Positions 41,079-54,158 are shown, counted from the stretch's first letter. The stretch is DNA of 64,000 bases from Eledone cirrhosa (GCA_964016885.1 OZ024743.1:106702001-106766000); one strand, 5' to 3'. Program-made: numbers and translations. The notes: a model not told the origin generated them from the sequence alone.

Positions 41079-41740
41079 AGTTAAAAGAATAGAGGTGTAA
41101 CACACAAGTTATTATATATTGGTAAACGGAATAGAAAATGCTGACAAATTGTTCACAGTTGAAAAATGGTTTAATTAGGAATAAAAGAGTATTAGTGATT
41201 GTATGGGTTAGTATTCAGTTGTGGTTTTAAGATTTTAAGTTTTTACCGGTTGTGAAAGAGTCATTTCTCAATCTTGGCGCAAAACCAATTTTTTATTCAC
41301 ATGACCTCTACCGACCAATCAAAATTGTTTTGACCACAAGAATTTTTGCAAACACCAAATAACGCTGGAGCCACTTTTTTAACATAAAAACAGTCTTGGC
41401 GCAAAATCAATTTTTTACATTCACATGACCTCTACCGACCAATCAAAATTGTTTTGACCACAAGAATTTTTGCAACACCAAAGTAACGCTGGAGCCACTT
41501 TTTTAACATAAAAACAGGTAGAATTCCCAAAACTAATCAGATCAGAGCAAACAACACAGACACTCTATCTCAAAATTATTTTTGAAAAGCATTTAGAAAT
41601 GCGCAACCGGTAAAAACTTAAAAACTTAAAACCACAACTGAATACTAACCCATACAATCACTAATACTCCTTTATTCCTAATTAAACTATTTTTCAACTG
41701 TGAGCAATTTGTCAGCATTTTCTATTCGCTTTACCAATAT
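41079..41740 (+). mobile_element. Non-coding element in (TA)n: about 140-bp inverted arms (41113-41252 / 41604-41745) around a 2 x ~122-bp tandem repeat; probable PLE pLTR remnant
   Basis: Inverted and tandem repeats directly visible; degenerate HHR-like fold at 41577-41616. Confidence 0.6.
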
Positions 41741-41759
41741 ATATATATATATATATATA

Positions 41760-42003
41760 GGATGAGGTTATAGTTCACTTGAAGCATTGTGTAATGAGGC
41801 ATAAACGTTAGAATATGTGTAATAAGGCCAAGACAATGCAGATATGGACATAGAAAAAAGAATGCAATAGTGAGAGATATTGATGAGAATTCGTCTTTCA
41901 CCTTGAATTTATTTAAATGTCCTTAATTTTCGAGATAATATCTCTTCTTCGGAGGGAAGTAAAAGTCTTAGACCAGCGTCTTAAATTTCCAATGAAGCCA
42001 TGC
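41760..42003 (-). mobile_element. Solo PLE pLTR fragment related to the Penelope/Poseidon-like family, with a degenerate HHR (41921-41955)
   Basis: Minus strand cct-CCGAAGA-a gagat att atctc-GAAA-at-TA-agg; tail cacaatgcttcaag is shared with 3827-3840. Confidence 0.7.
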
Positions 42004-42072
42004 TATATATATATATATATAAAATATTAAACAAATAATGAATAAACAATTCCTTATATTAAACAAAAAAAG

Positions 42073-42227
42073 TTCATTATTTAACGATCGTTTCTAGGAT
42101 ATATATGTGTTAGAATTGGTATGCATATTCAACAGATCTATGTACAAAATTATACAAAATTATACAAATTATCAAGATTAAATATACATACCAAACACAT
42201 ATATACGCCGTCTTCAGAAATAATGAA
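42073..42227 (-). ncRNA. Hammerhead ribozyme with 116-nt stem II (3' pLTR copy)
   Basis: Reverse complement of 47049-47203. Confidence 0.8.
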
Positions 42228-43042
42228 GTATATTTATTGATAATAACAACAGTTCAAAATTTCAGTTCAAAATTGACCAATGAAAACACAAAGGGTTAAA
42301 TGCAGTTCGGTGTGTGTATATACATGTAAAACCCTTACACATATTTTACAAAAATGTATGTATAATTTGTATACGCATACTAAAAGGATGGATGCAAATA
42401 CAAAATTTCAAGGTTAATGTCTCTGTAAGCTTACAATGCGCAGATAAGATGCGCATTGATACTTGTGAAGTCAAGTATATAAATATATTTTTACATACTC
42501 ACACATATCAGTACAATCACACATACACGCGCGTATATGCATAAATATACACATAACCACGAACATACAAACACACACACACCCCCACTCACATTTATAT
42601 ATGTGGATATAAAATCATAAGCACATGGATATTAATTCACTCACATAAAACACTGGCACACACATTTTTAGATCAAGATACAGAAATTAGGTGGGAGGGG
42701 GGGAGGGGTCAGTATTCAACTGTCTGAGCAAACTGCCTAATATAAATGTATCTATAAATTAAGAAAAATAAAAAAATAAAACAATAAAATATAATAAATA
42801 TAATATAATATACATACACATACAGATATATACACATACATACATGTACACACACATAGAAATATTTACGCATAGACACATACGCACATACATATACAGT
42901 CATACACACACATACACCTACACGAACATACACATACACATATATAAAGATATATATATATACACACACACACACGCAACACATACACACATACACATAT
43001 ATATAAAAAATAAATAATAAAGATATATACATATATATATAT

Positions 43043-43081
<39 letters not shown>

Positions 43082-43473
43082 CATACACATACATCTAAAT
43101 ATACATACACATACATACACACATACATGTACATACATGTACATACATATACGTACATCGATATACATACATATATATATATATATATACACACACATAG
43201 ATATATAGATACATACACACACAACTTACATACACACATATATATATACATGTATATTTATACATAGAATTAGATATATAATCATACATACATATGCACT
43301 TACTTATACTCATATATACAAATACATACGCATCCATATATGCGTATATACATAAAAAACCACTACAACCTCACCTAACTCAGACATACAAATAAAAATA
43401 ATAATAAAAAGGCATATGTATATACATACACACACGCATTAATAGAGATATATATATACACACATACATACAC

Positions 43474-43504
<31 letters not shown>

Positions 43505-43539
43505 TATATATATATATATACACACACATACACTCATAC

Positions 43540-43570
<31 letters not shown>

Positions 43571-43789
43571 GATATCCACACACTCATACCACCATAAATA
43601 CACATACAAACACCCACATATACATATATATACACACGTATATATATATATATATATACACACACATAAAAAACAGACATGCACATATATATATATTTTT
43701 TTACACTTATATATACACATATTATATACACATACACAATCTCACTTATACACACATACACATAAGTTATATTATAATAATAAAGAATA

Positions 43790-43832
<43 letters not shown>

Positions 43833-43922
43833 CATACATACATACATATACATACATACATATAAACATATACATACATAAATACACACATATGAATATA
43901 GACATATATTCACACATAGACA

Positions 43923-43974
<52 letters not shown>

Positions 43975-45111
43975 CACACATACATATACACAGACACATA
44001 TACACACTCACATATATATATATGTGTGTGTGCGTGCACACACACATATATACACACACACACACATATACACATAAACACATACATATGCATACATGCA
44101 CATACACGCACGTATATCACATAGATACGAAGATAAACATATAAATAGATAAATAGAGAGACATACATATATATACAACACGCATACACACACATACATG
44201 CACACGCATATACATATACATATATATATACATATATATATTCCTATATATACATGCATACACACATATACACATATATACACATACATACACATATACG
44301 TACACACATTCACATACACATACATATATAATGCATATATACACATATATACATACATATACACACTCATATATACACACGCAATCTTACATTCATATTT
44401 GCATGCGCATATATGTATTTTTATATTTAGATATAAATACCCAAACCTATATAGACACCTACCTACATATATATTCATACATAGACGCTTACAAATACAG
44501 ATGATAATAGTATGGGGGAAAGGGGGGGTTTGGAGAAGGGGATCAAAGTAAATATATGTTTCAAGAAACATAAAATATTTTCCGTATCTTTATACAATGT
44601 ATGTTCTTACATATTTTCAGTGTTAGGAAATACAGCAAACAAGAACTAAGGCAAAATCTATGCATCTCAAAATAAATAAGTATACCATTAATCATATGTT
44701 AACTAAACCAAAGATAGTCAACATATTGATTTCTAAGGTGTAAATTAGTTAGGTTTATAATATTTGAAGCAGAATTTTGAAGTTAAACAGTAGTAGATTA
44801 TTAATTACAGTATAACTAAATTAAAGTTAATAACGTTATGGTATCAATATTAGGAAATGAATTTAGTAATAGGGAAAAAAAAACCCAAATAAAAATAAAA
44901 TAAAGTATTACATCGGTAGTAGAATATAAATTATATGTTAACTAAATTAAAAATTATATATTTATTTCAATAGTATATGTTAATTAGGTATACAATACAT
45001 AAAGCAGATATTGTATTTCATCAATAGCATAATATAATTATATGCAAATAGAAATCAAAATTAATACGCATACATATACATATACATACACATACATATA
45101 TACATATACAT

Positions 45112-45156
<45 letters not shown>

Positions 45157-45679
45157 TACATACATACACATATACATACACACACACACATACACATACA
45201 CATATACATATACATATTTTTTTCAAAAAATTGCATAGAATATATTAACTAGGTATATATCCAAAACACATCCCATTCTATGATTACATGACATTCTGTA
45301 ATTCGTCTGTATAAGGATACTAATTTTAAGCAAATTAAAATTAAAATTTTTAGGTTGATTAAAACTAAAACCAAATAATAAATATATTTCTAAAATGTAT
45401 ATTAATTAGGTCTATAATACTAAAAATTATTTCTCTGTCATTGGATACACGATATTATTTTGTTATATTTTATCTGTAAAAGAATTATAATAAAAGGTTT
45501 AAATAAATTAAAATTAATCTATAAATTAAATTACTAAGTATATATTAGTAATATTTAAAGGTTTTTCACAATTTATGATTACATAATATTTTATATTCTC
45601 ATCTGTAATAAAATATTAATTAAATTAAAATTATAGGTTAACTAACATTTAAATTAAATTAATTTCTAAAATAATGTTA

Positions 45680-46846
45680 TTAATTAGGTTTATAATATTT
45701 AAATGTTTTTTTTAGTTTATGATTACACGATATAATTAATTCCTGTCGTTTATTTAATAAGATATCCTTAGACTTCATTATTTCAAATAGTTCTTGGGAA
45801 CATAATCTACATTCATTTCTATTATTTTGATAAGGGGTGGCTCTTTTGAGCACACTCCAGGTCAAATCATATTTTATATTCTTATTTTTATAACTATTGA
45901 TTTTTTCTGCTAGAGATGTTGTATTAGCCAGTGCGGCATTTTTAAAACTATGCTTGTGGGTATTAAACCTTGTCTTAAAATTGTTAGAGGTAGCTCCTAT
46001 ATATGAGCAAATAGAATCTTTAGTTTTAACATTACATTTATAGACTATGTTGTTAACAAGACAATTCCCTTTTAATGGGCAGTTTGCTTTGTTTCTACAG
46101 TTACATCCTTTCGTTAATTCTGTATTTGAGGAGATATTATGGTTAATTTGATGTACTGGTGGTATACTTATGGTTTTCTTACATTTATATGCATTATATG
46201 CACTTATATTTTGTTTTATGTTATTTGTTGTAGAGTATGAGAATTTAACTGTAGACCTATTTAAGATTTGATGGTATTTGTGGTTTGGCGGGAAGTTTTT
46301 CTCAAGGATATAAAAAAATTTTTTAGCAATATTATCCTTAACTTGTAAATTAAAAGGAGCATTATACCAAGTAACCCGTCTATTACGGTTTCTATGTTGT
46401 TTATTATTTTTATTATTTTTATAGGTTGTATCGTGATTTTTACTAGGAGGATTAATGTTAATGATCTCACCACAACTATTTTTAGTTATATTTGTAGATT
46501 TAGGTGTTTTATCCTTTTTATTAGGAGTTTTATTATTAATATTTATTATAGTTGTATGATGAGTAGTTTTTTGAGAGTTACTATACTTTATATTAGAAGA
46601 TTTAGTATTTTGGGGTATAGTGTGGGTGGCATTTAGGTGTGTACTTTTCATTTGGTGTTTGTTGGTAATATTATGTTGTATGCTTTCAGTATTCTTAGTA
46701 GAAGGTATATACTCTAATCTATTTTTGTGGCCACTTCTATCTAGAGCTTCGTTATAGAAGGTCGCATTTTTATCAAATACATCTTGGTTAGAAGAAAGGT
46801 TAGAAATTCTAAGTGATATATTATATGCAAGGTTTTTAAGGATAGA
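45680..46846 (-). CDS. Naiad-like PLE C-terminal ORF fragment (RT thumb end, linker, GIY-YIG); open frame but 5'-truncated
   Basis: ILKNL..ISLRISNLSSN..YNEALDRSG; VTWYNAPF..IAKKFF..NFPPNHKYHQILNR..KFSYS; CNCRNKANCPLKGNCL..IVYKC..SYIGAT..FKTRFNTH; CRLCSQE..LNKRQE..CNH. Confidence 0.9.
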   Translation of the reverse strand, partial: SILKNLAYNISLRISNLSSNQDVFDKNATFYNEALDRSGHKNRLEYIPSTKNTESIQHNITNKHQMKSTHLNATHTIPQNTKSSNIKYSNSQKTTHHTTIININNKTPNKKDKTPKSTNITKNSCGEIININPPSKNHDTTYKNNKNNKQHRNRNRRVTWYNAPFNLQVKDNIAKKFFYILEKNFPPNHKYHQILNRSTVKFSYSTTNNIKQNISAYNAYKCKKTISIPPVHQINHNISSNTELTKGCNCRNKANCPLKGNCLVNNIVYKCNVKTKDSICSYIGATSNNFKTRFNTHKHSFKNAALANTTSLAEKINSYKNKNIKYDLTWSVLKRATPYQNNRNECRLCSQELFEIMKSKDILLNKRQELIISCNHKLKKTFKYYKPN

Positions 46847-47048
46847 TTTACAGAGACATTAACCTTGAAATTTTGTATTTGCATCCATCCTTTTAGTATG
46901 CGTATACAAATTATACATACATTTTTGTAAAATATGTGTAAGGGTTTTACATGTATATACACACACCGAACTGCATTTAACCCTTTGTGTTTTCATTGGT
47001 CAATTTTGAACTGAAATTTTGAACTGTTGTTATTATCAATAAATATAC

Positions 47049-47203
47049 TTCATTATTTCTGAAGACGGCGTATATATGTGTTTGGTATGTATATTTAATC
47101 TTGATAATTTGTATAATTTTGTATAATTTTGTACATAGATCTGTTGAATATGCATACCAATTCTAACACATATATATCCTAGAAACGATCGTTAAATAAT
47201 GAA
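47049..47203 (+). ncRNA. Hammerhead ribozyme with 116-nt stem II (inverted 5' pLTR copy)
   Basis: ttcattattt-CTGAAGA-[47066-47181 long hairpin]-GAAA-cgatcg-TT-aaataatgaa; stem I is a perfect 10 bp. Confidence 0.8.
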
Positions 47204-47388
47204 CTTTTTTTGTTTAATATAAGGAATTGTTTATTCATTATTTGTTTAATATTTTATCTTGACTCTGTATACCGTTTATCTTTCACCGAAAGTGGTTTTT
47301 CATTACATCTCTTCTTTCCATGATATCCGGAATACATTGAGTTCTTCATACGGATTGGACACTACCGTAAACTCTTGGTAGATTTATC

Positions 47389-47454
<66 letters not shown>

Positions 47455-47770
47455 TAAATACATACATGCATACACACATACAGACATGCATACATACATA
47501 CATACATGCAAACATACATACATGCATACAAATATTTATATATGGGGGGATGAGGGTGTTGGAGTGTGTGCGCATATGCGTATGTGTGTGAGTGTTGGTG
47601 TGATTATGTGTGAAAAGTCAACAAGAAAAAACAAGGCGGTCCAAAATTACTGTACAATAATGATGTAAGTAAGTTTCACGCTTGATGTAATAGCCTTTCG
47701 AAAGTCAGTCTGTCTTCAGGTCTTTAGTAGAAGAAATGAGATGTATATGTATGCTTTATATATATATAAA

Positions 47771-48408
47771 TTATAAGTTGAGGCAACTTATACAGCTTCA
47801 TATGCAAATGAGATTAATCACCTCATTTACACAGACGAGAAAACCATATATTCGCGCCTGTTTTCAAAATCCAGCAGTTGCAAGAGCGGGAAGGATCGTC
47901 CAAATGAGGACCAGTTCAGTTTGGAATGCCCTGACTATTGTCCTCCTTGCTTTTACGGGACACCGCCAGGTGGCGATAGCCGCCGCTGTCTTTGCATAGC
48001 TACGGCTTTGTAAATGTTTGTTTATAATCATACCGTATTTCTTTAGAACCACGAAATCCAATACATTTCTGTATACATCTCTGCACGAAATTATATTCTA
48101 TTTTTTTTCTATTATAAGTTGAGGCAACTTATACAGTTTCATGTGCAAATGAGATTACTCACCTCATTTACACAGACGAGAAAACCATATATTCACGCCT
48201 GTTTTCAAATTCCAGCAGTTGCAAGAGCAGGAGTTATGGTCCTGATGAGCACCAGTTCGAAATAATGCATTGATGATTGTCCCCCTTGCTTCTGCTGGAC
48301 ACTGCCAGGTGGCGATAGCCACCGGTGTTTGTGCATAGCTACGGGTTTTTAAATGTTTATTTATAAACATACCGTATTTTTCTTTAGAAATACGAAATTC
48401 CGATACAT
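47771..48408 (+). repeat. Two diverged tandem units, period 341 bp; candidate ncRNA gene/regulatory unit
   Basis: 47771-48067 aligns with 48112-48408. Confidence 0.9.
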
Positions 48409-48598
48409 ATAATAGCCTCTCCTAATAATCGTATTTAAGACTATTCACCAGAATTCGTAATATAATCAGCTTGTCTCCCCAGAGCCCCGGCGGACAGAAT
48501 GGAGAAGGCGTTTTCCCGGAGGACGGCAAGGGAGATGCGCTGGATAAGCCACTCCAACTCGCGGGGCTAACATTATGCTGGACGCGAAATTCTAATTC

Positions 48599-48706
<108 letters not shown>

Positions 48707-49476
48707 ATATAAATGTAATATACATATATATATGTGTGTGTGTACGTGTGTATGCGTGTGTATGGGTGGGAGTCTGTAGACGTGTATGCATTAAAGTAGA
48801 TAGCTATGCAGCACGTTATTCTGTGATGTGATCTACCTTTTCTACCTTAACATTACTATCACTAGTAACAACAATACTAAGGGATGTAACACATTCAAGA
48901 ATTCATTTTCTCAGTTGTTTCTCAATGAAGAAAATTAACCACGACAATCTCATTTATTATGAAGGCAAAACGTAAGGTTTGACACAAATACAATAGCAGC
49001 AGAAAATCTACAGAGAAAACCAATACATAAGACGAACAGAGTGCTGCATACCTACTTAGTCAGCTACATCCGTATTTACAATTTCACGCATTATGCGGGG
49101 ATTGCGCTGGTAGTGCATGTTTGGACTACAGATTGTGAAAATGCCAGTGAGACAATATCACAAGAAAGAGTTTAAAAGAAGATTTACGGGTGCCTTTGAC
49201 AAAAAGAGAGAGAAATATACAGAAATATTATGACTAAAAATAACTAATTAACAGCATTTTGGCTGAATTAATACAGAAACCATTCTGTTATCTGCAATTT
49301 GTTAACGTTTCCTAGATGGTATAGTTTTGATTTCCATCAATGTAATATCGTTGGCGGGACATAACAAAGATGGAACCGTTACTTACCGAGTATACATTAT
49401 GAAAGAAGAGCGATGAGCAGAAGACGAAGGAACGATATACACACACGCAGCCACAAACACACACACGCACACACAT

Positions 49477-49535
<59 letters not shown>

Positions 49536-49539
49536 ATAG

Positions 49540-49706
49540 ATAAGAGACTTCTACAGGACTAGAACTGTTTCATTCGGAAGCCCTCGTGATTTCTGCCGAA
49601 TGAGACAGGTTTCGTCCTGTAGAAGCCATTTCTATTTTAAATATTTATACTCTGCTATGTATTGAGTACCTAACTTACTGTGGTTAAAATTGAACCAGAA
49701 ATAAAC
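49540..49706 (+). mobile_element. Small pLTR remnant of the 4194-4809 family with an inverted HHR half
   Basis: 49548-49577 is the imperfect reverse complement of 49596-49625; the tail matches 54740-54800. Confidence 0.75.
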
Positions 49707-50899
49707 ATATATAAATTGCGTATTTCATGATAAGTGTTTGAATATTTTACCGAAAAATTATTTCTGTCGACCCCATCCTGTCTGTAACTTGGCGCAATTT
49801 GGCATCCAGAATGTAACATTGAATGGTGCATTAAGGGAGACTCTACGGAATTGCAGACTTTGATAAAAATAGTAGTGGGATTTACCCCAAATTTTAACAT
49901 TATATACTAGTCTCCTATATATATATTGAAAGGCTCAATCCGATTTCCTCACAGATCTGCGCAATCTGTTTTAGATTGAGGCTAAACAGTTAAAATATAC
50001 TTTTTGTGACCACTCATCAGTGATTATTGCACTTATGTAGACCCCATGTGCTGATCAGTTTGCTAATAAATAATTTACCAAAAACAATATAAACTAGTTT
50101 CTCAAAAGCATTGGCGTGTGGTTGTGAGCGATATGATTTCGATTGCGATCGTAAGATGATGATGACGTTGTGTAGCCTGAAATGCATTTCCTCACATGCG
50201 AGACAATTCAGCGTTGACGTGATGTTAAACAACAATAGACAATTAAAATATCACATCTTGTGGCCTGATAATAATTTTAGCTATTTTACGTTCTCCATAT
50301 AGAATCAGAGGGAAAAAATATAGGAAACATTTTAAATAACAAAGCACAAGAGATTCTACTTAAGCTAATATGTTCTCTAAATAGATAATACACTTCACGG
50401 GTATTATCTATCTAGTTATAATGTCAGGACAGAAGTAATGTAAGAAAATAGAATCCATGAGATGAAGTAAGATTATAATAGTGTACATAAGAGAATTATG
50501 ACATCTGAAATGAACCGGAACAACTGAGAATTTCAAGTCGTCATTTAATTATATTTTCATCATAAAATCGTGTATGTTTAAGATAAGATAGAATGTTAGA
50601 AATATATGAGAATAATAAATAGGAAATGGAAAGGAATGGAACTAGAAAGAAAAAGGATGGTATAGTGAATACATCGATGTAGCAGGAAAAAAACTCAAAA
50701 AATAATTCTAGTAATCATAAAGAATGTGAATAGGAAGTAGCAAAACAAATGAGTGTATTTCTTTAGTGTTAAAAAGCAAAAACACCGATGGAATAAGTAT
50801 AAAAACCTAAGACATTAACCGATTATTTCCCCGGACACCACCACCCATAACGGAGGAAGGCGGAAGATAACAAGCTACGGGGACTTGAACAGGAAAGTA

Positions 50900-51250
50900 A
50901 ATATCAAATGTTGGACACGGAGAGCTGCAACGCGTTCCCCGCCCACAACCTTGTCGTTTCAGACATAAATATAGATATTTCTTCTCGTTAGCTGCGGCAA
51001 AATATATAGTCAGATACTGTTATTTTGGATGACCGCTTCTTTTTGTGTGGAGCGCAGTCGATATCCTCGATTCTCGACTCGACGTTTACCAGCACAGAAT
51101 CGGAAGGATTTAAGTCGTTTGAGATTGAATGACTAATGCAGCAGTTATCACCGTATATCCTCCGTATCAAAGCTTTCACAATATGTTCATAGGGACACAC
51201 CTTACTAAAACAGTAGCCAGGGGTGTAGAGTTTGGCACTCTCTTCCACTT
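50900..51250 (-). pseudogene. Decayed RTE-like APE endonuclease remnant (C-terminal half)
   Basis: NDLN, NVE..IDC, DYIFCR and KVVGGERVAAL resemble RTE APE motifs (GDFN, DYILCR, CKVV.GE.VA.QH). Confidence 0.5.
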
Positions 51251-52193
51251 TCTCCTCTATATTTATCTAACTTTTTCCCACGAAAATATTGCTCGTTTCC
51301 CATATATAAATATGTGACCTTCAAATATATTTTCCTGAATGTCGTCGAGTAAATTGAAACCAAGTTATTTGCTCCAACGTATATAATCTAACGTCGGTTT
51401 CACCGATGAGGGTTCTACATGTTCTACTACCAGAGGGCCTGCACATGGAATGAACATGCAAGCAGCTAAACATTTCACAAATACGTGTACTTTTAACGTA
51501 CTTGTCTGGAAAACTTAGTGTGTATCCGTGTGTGAAAATGCTGGCATTTTGACTCAGCTGTATAATTCATCCAACGAACTTTCTGGCAGTTTCCATCTAC
51601 CTGTAAATATATTAAATGAAATTTGCTCAGGAATATATTAGGCAATGTAATATGCCTTACAGAAGGCGGTTGGGAATTGAATAATTTTGTCGGTATTTTA
51701 CCAAGATAATTTATACCTTAGAGTTTGCATCTTCGGCCTGACATCTCTGGGGTTTAAAACCTTCAAATAAAATAGGACACCGAATGATATGTAGGGGTTT
51801 GTAAGGCTGAAGTAATGTATTTGGGAACACATACAAATATATGTGTGTACATTTCTTTAAGCACGTGTATGAGTGTTAGAGTGTGAGTAGGTGTATGAGT
51901 GTGTGCATGAATTCATAAGGAAATTAAGTGTAGAAGAAGACAAAATAAGCTCAAATGTAATATCGACACATAGATACACACACACAATGAAAGAGAAGAC
52001 TGAGCGAAGAGTATCTGAAAGTCTTTAGAAACAGTTAAATGGCTATATGTCAAATGAAATAGTCGACACGAAAATAATTATGGAAATTGATTAAAGTAAA
52101 ATGGGTATATACATGTATGTGTGTATGTGTGTTTGTATGTATGCATGTATGCGTGTAAGGGTGTGTCTATTTCTGTCTTACTATATATAGCTT

Positions 52194-52248
<55 letters not shown>

Positions 52249-52664
52249 CAGTGTATAATACGATGATGGATGCGATGGGCGTGAAAGTTGTGAATAACAA
52301 GAACAATTTTTAAAAAGCAACAAAAAAACTCCCATCCTAGGTAGCTACAACAACGACAAAAATATTAACGCCATAATATCTATTAAATGGAAATTGAACA
52401 GCTTAATGACGATGTGAATAGTTTGAGTTGAAGAGACGGTTTCTAAATAGCTTTGCCAAAATCACTGGAGCATGAAGGACGCTAACACTTAGCTGGCGTT
52501 TCAGTTGACTTACTTTAATATCTACTATTTACGAGGTATCAAGCATAATTGTTGATTATTTGAAGATTCAGCGTTCATATTTAGTTTTACATATATGTAT
52601 GTAAGTATTATGTATGTACGTACGTAGGTATGTATGTATGTATGTATGTACGTATGTATGTACG

Positions 52665-52784
<120 letters not shown>

Positions 52785-52935
52785 TATATATATAAATATA
52801 TATATATAGGAACAAGTATGACCCCGACGGCACAGCTCAAGCCGTTTCGACGGCTAATTGGCTAATTCCTAACCACATTTCCTTCGTTATATATTATTTA
52901 TTTATGGATACATATATCTATATATAAATACATAA

Positions 52936-52986
<51 letters not shown>

Positions 52987-53000
52987 TTTTAATATAGATG

Positions 53001-53051
53001 AGATTCTACAGGACTAGAAATGTTTCATTCTTTAGAAATCATCAGGAATCT
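53001..53051 (-). ncRNA. Type I hammerhead ribozyme, intact core
   Basis: Minus strand agattc-CTGATGA-tttc taaa gaat-GAAA-cat ttctagtc ctg-TA-gaatct. Confidence 0.85.
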
Positions 53052-53624
53052 GTGTATCAAAAAATAAAAATGGTATTTATAGGTCTCTACAAGTGGTAGG
53101 AGAGGGTGGGGAGTGGGATAGGTGTAGGTCATTGGTTGATAGAAAAGGGAATTCATTAAAAGCTAATTCTACAAAGCTATAGTTTATTTATATTTATTTA
53201 TGTTTTTAGAGTAACAAAGGCAGACAGAATTCTATAAACAGGTTCCGGATGGCGTACCATTTTTTGTCATTAAGTTTCTCTTAAGCTAACAGATGTCTAT
53301 AAGATCAGTGGGGGGTCAGTCATGGTAGATAGAATTAAAGAAAAGGGAGATTCTTTAAAAGCTAAAATCATTAAGGTTCTACCAAGTGACAAAGGTTTAG
53401 AGAATTCTGTAGACAGATTCAAAATACTGAGTGCATATCTTACAATTATCTTCGAACTTCTCTTAAACTAATCAACTATATGCCAAAAATCAACAGACAC
53501 ATTCACAAAAAAACATACTCACTCACACACTCACGCGCAACCATAAACACACATACACATACACATATACACACATAAAAACACACACACATATATAAAT
53601 ATATTCATATACATACATATACAT

Positions 53625-53679
<55 letters not shown>

Positions 53680-53701
53680 TATGTACATACACACACACAT
53701 A

Positions 53702-53743
<42 letters not shown>

Positions 53744-53842
53744 CACATATAAATACACTCACACACATACATACAAACACAAATATACATGTGTATACAT
53801 ATACACATAAATACACATAGATATACATATATATGTATATAC

Positions 53843-53914
<72 letters not shown>

Positions 53915-53987
53915 ACATACATACATATATATATATATATAATACACATACACACACATATATACATATAGACACACATACACACAA

Positions 53988-54066
<79 letters not shown>

Positions 54067-54101
54067 CATTAACAAATATATACATATACATACACACACA
54101 C

Positions 54102-54158
<57 letters not shown>

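Larger units (their letters stand above)
42019..47390 (-). mobile_element. Naiad-like PLE, 5'-truncated, with inverted 5' pLTR (46848-47390), thumb/GIY-YIG ORF and a ~3.6-kb microsatellite-rich 3' UTR
   Basis: 42019-42428 and 46848-47257 form a 410-bp inverted repeat that appears identical; (TA)n at both ends. Confidence 0.88.

Noticed and set aside
45680-46846. Selenocysteine recoding, reported for some Naiad PLEs
   Set aside because: The conserved Cys positions here and at 521-1128 are TGT/TGC, and there is no in-frame TGA.
47690-47725. Minus-strand CTGAAGA..GAAA hammerhead-like motif
   Set aside because: No convincing stem I and only a weak stem II; at best a decayed relic.
48236-48285. 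CTGATGA..GAAA as a hammerhead or a C/D snoRNA box C
   Set aside because: Stem III and the cleavage triplet do not form, the core is absent in unit 1, and no box D follows.
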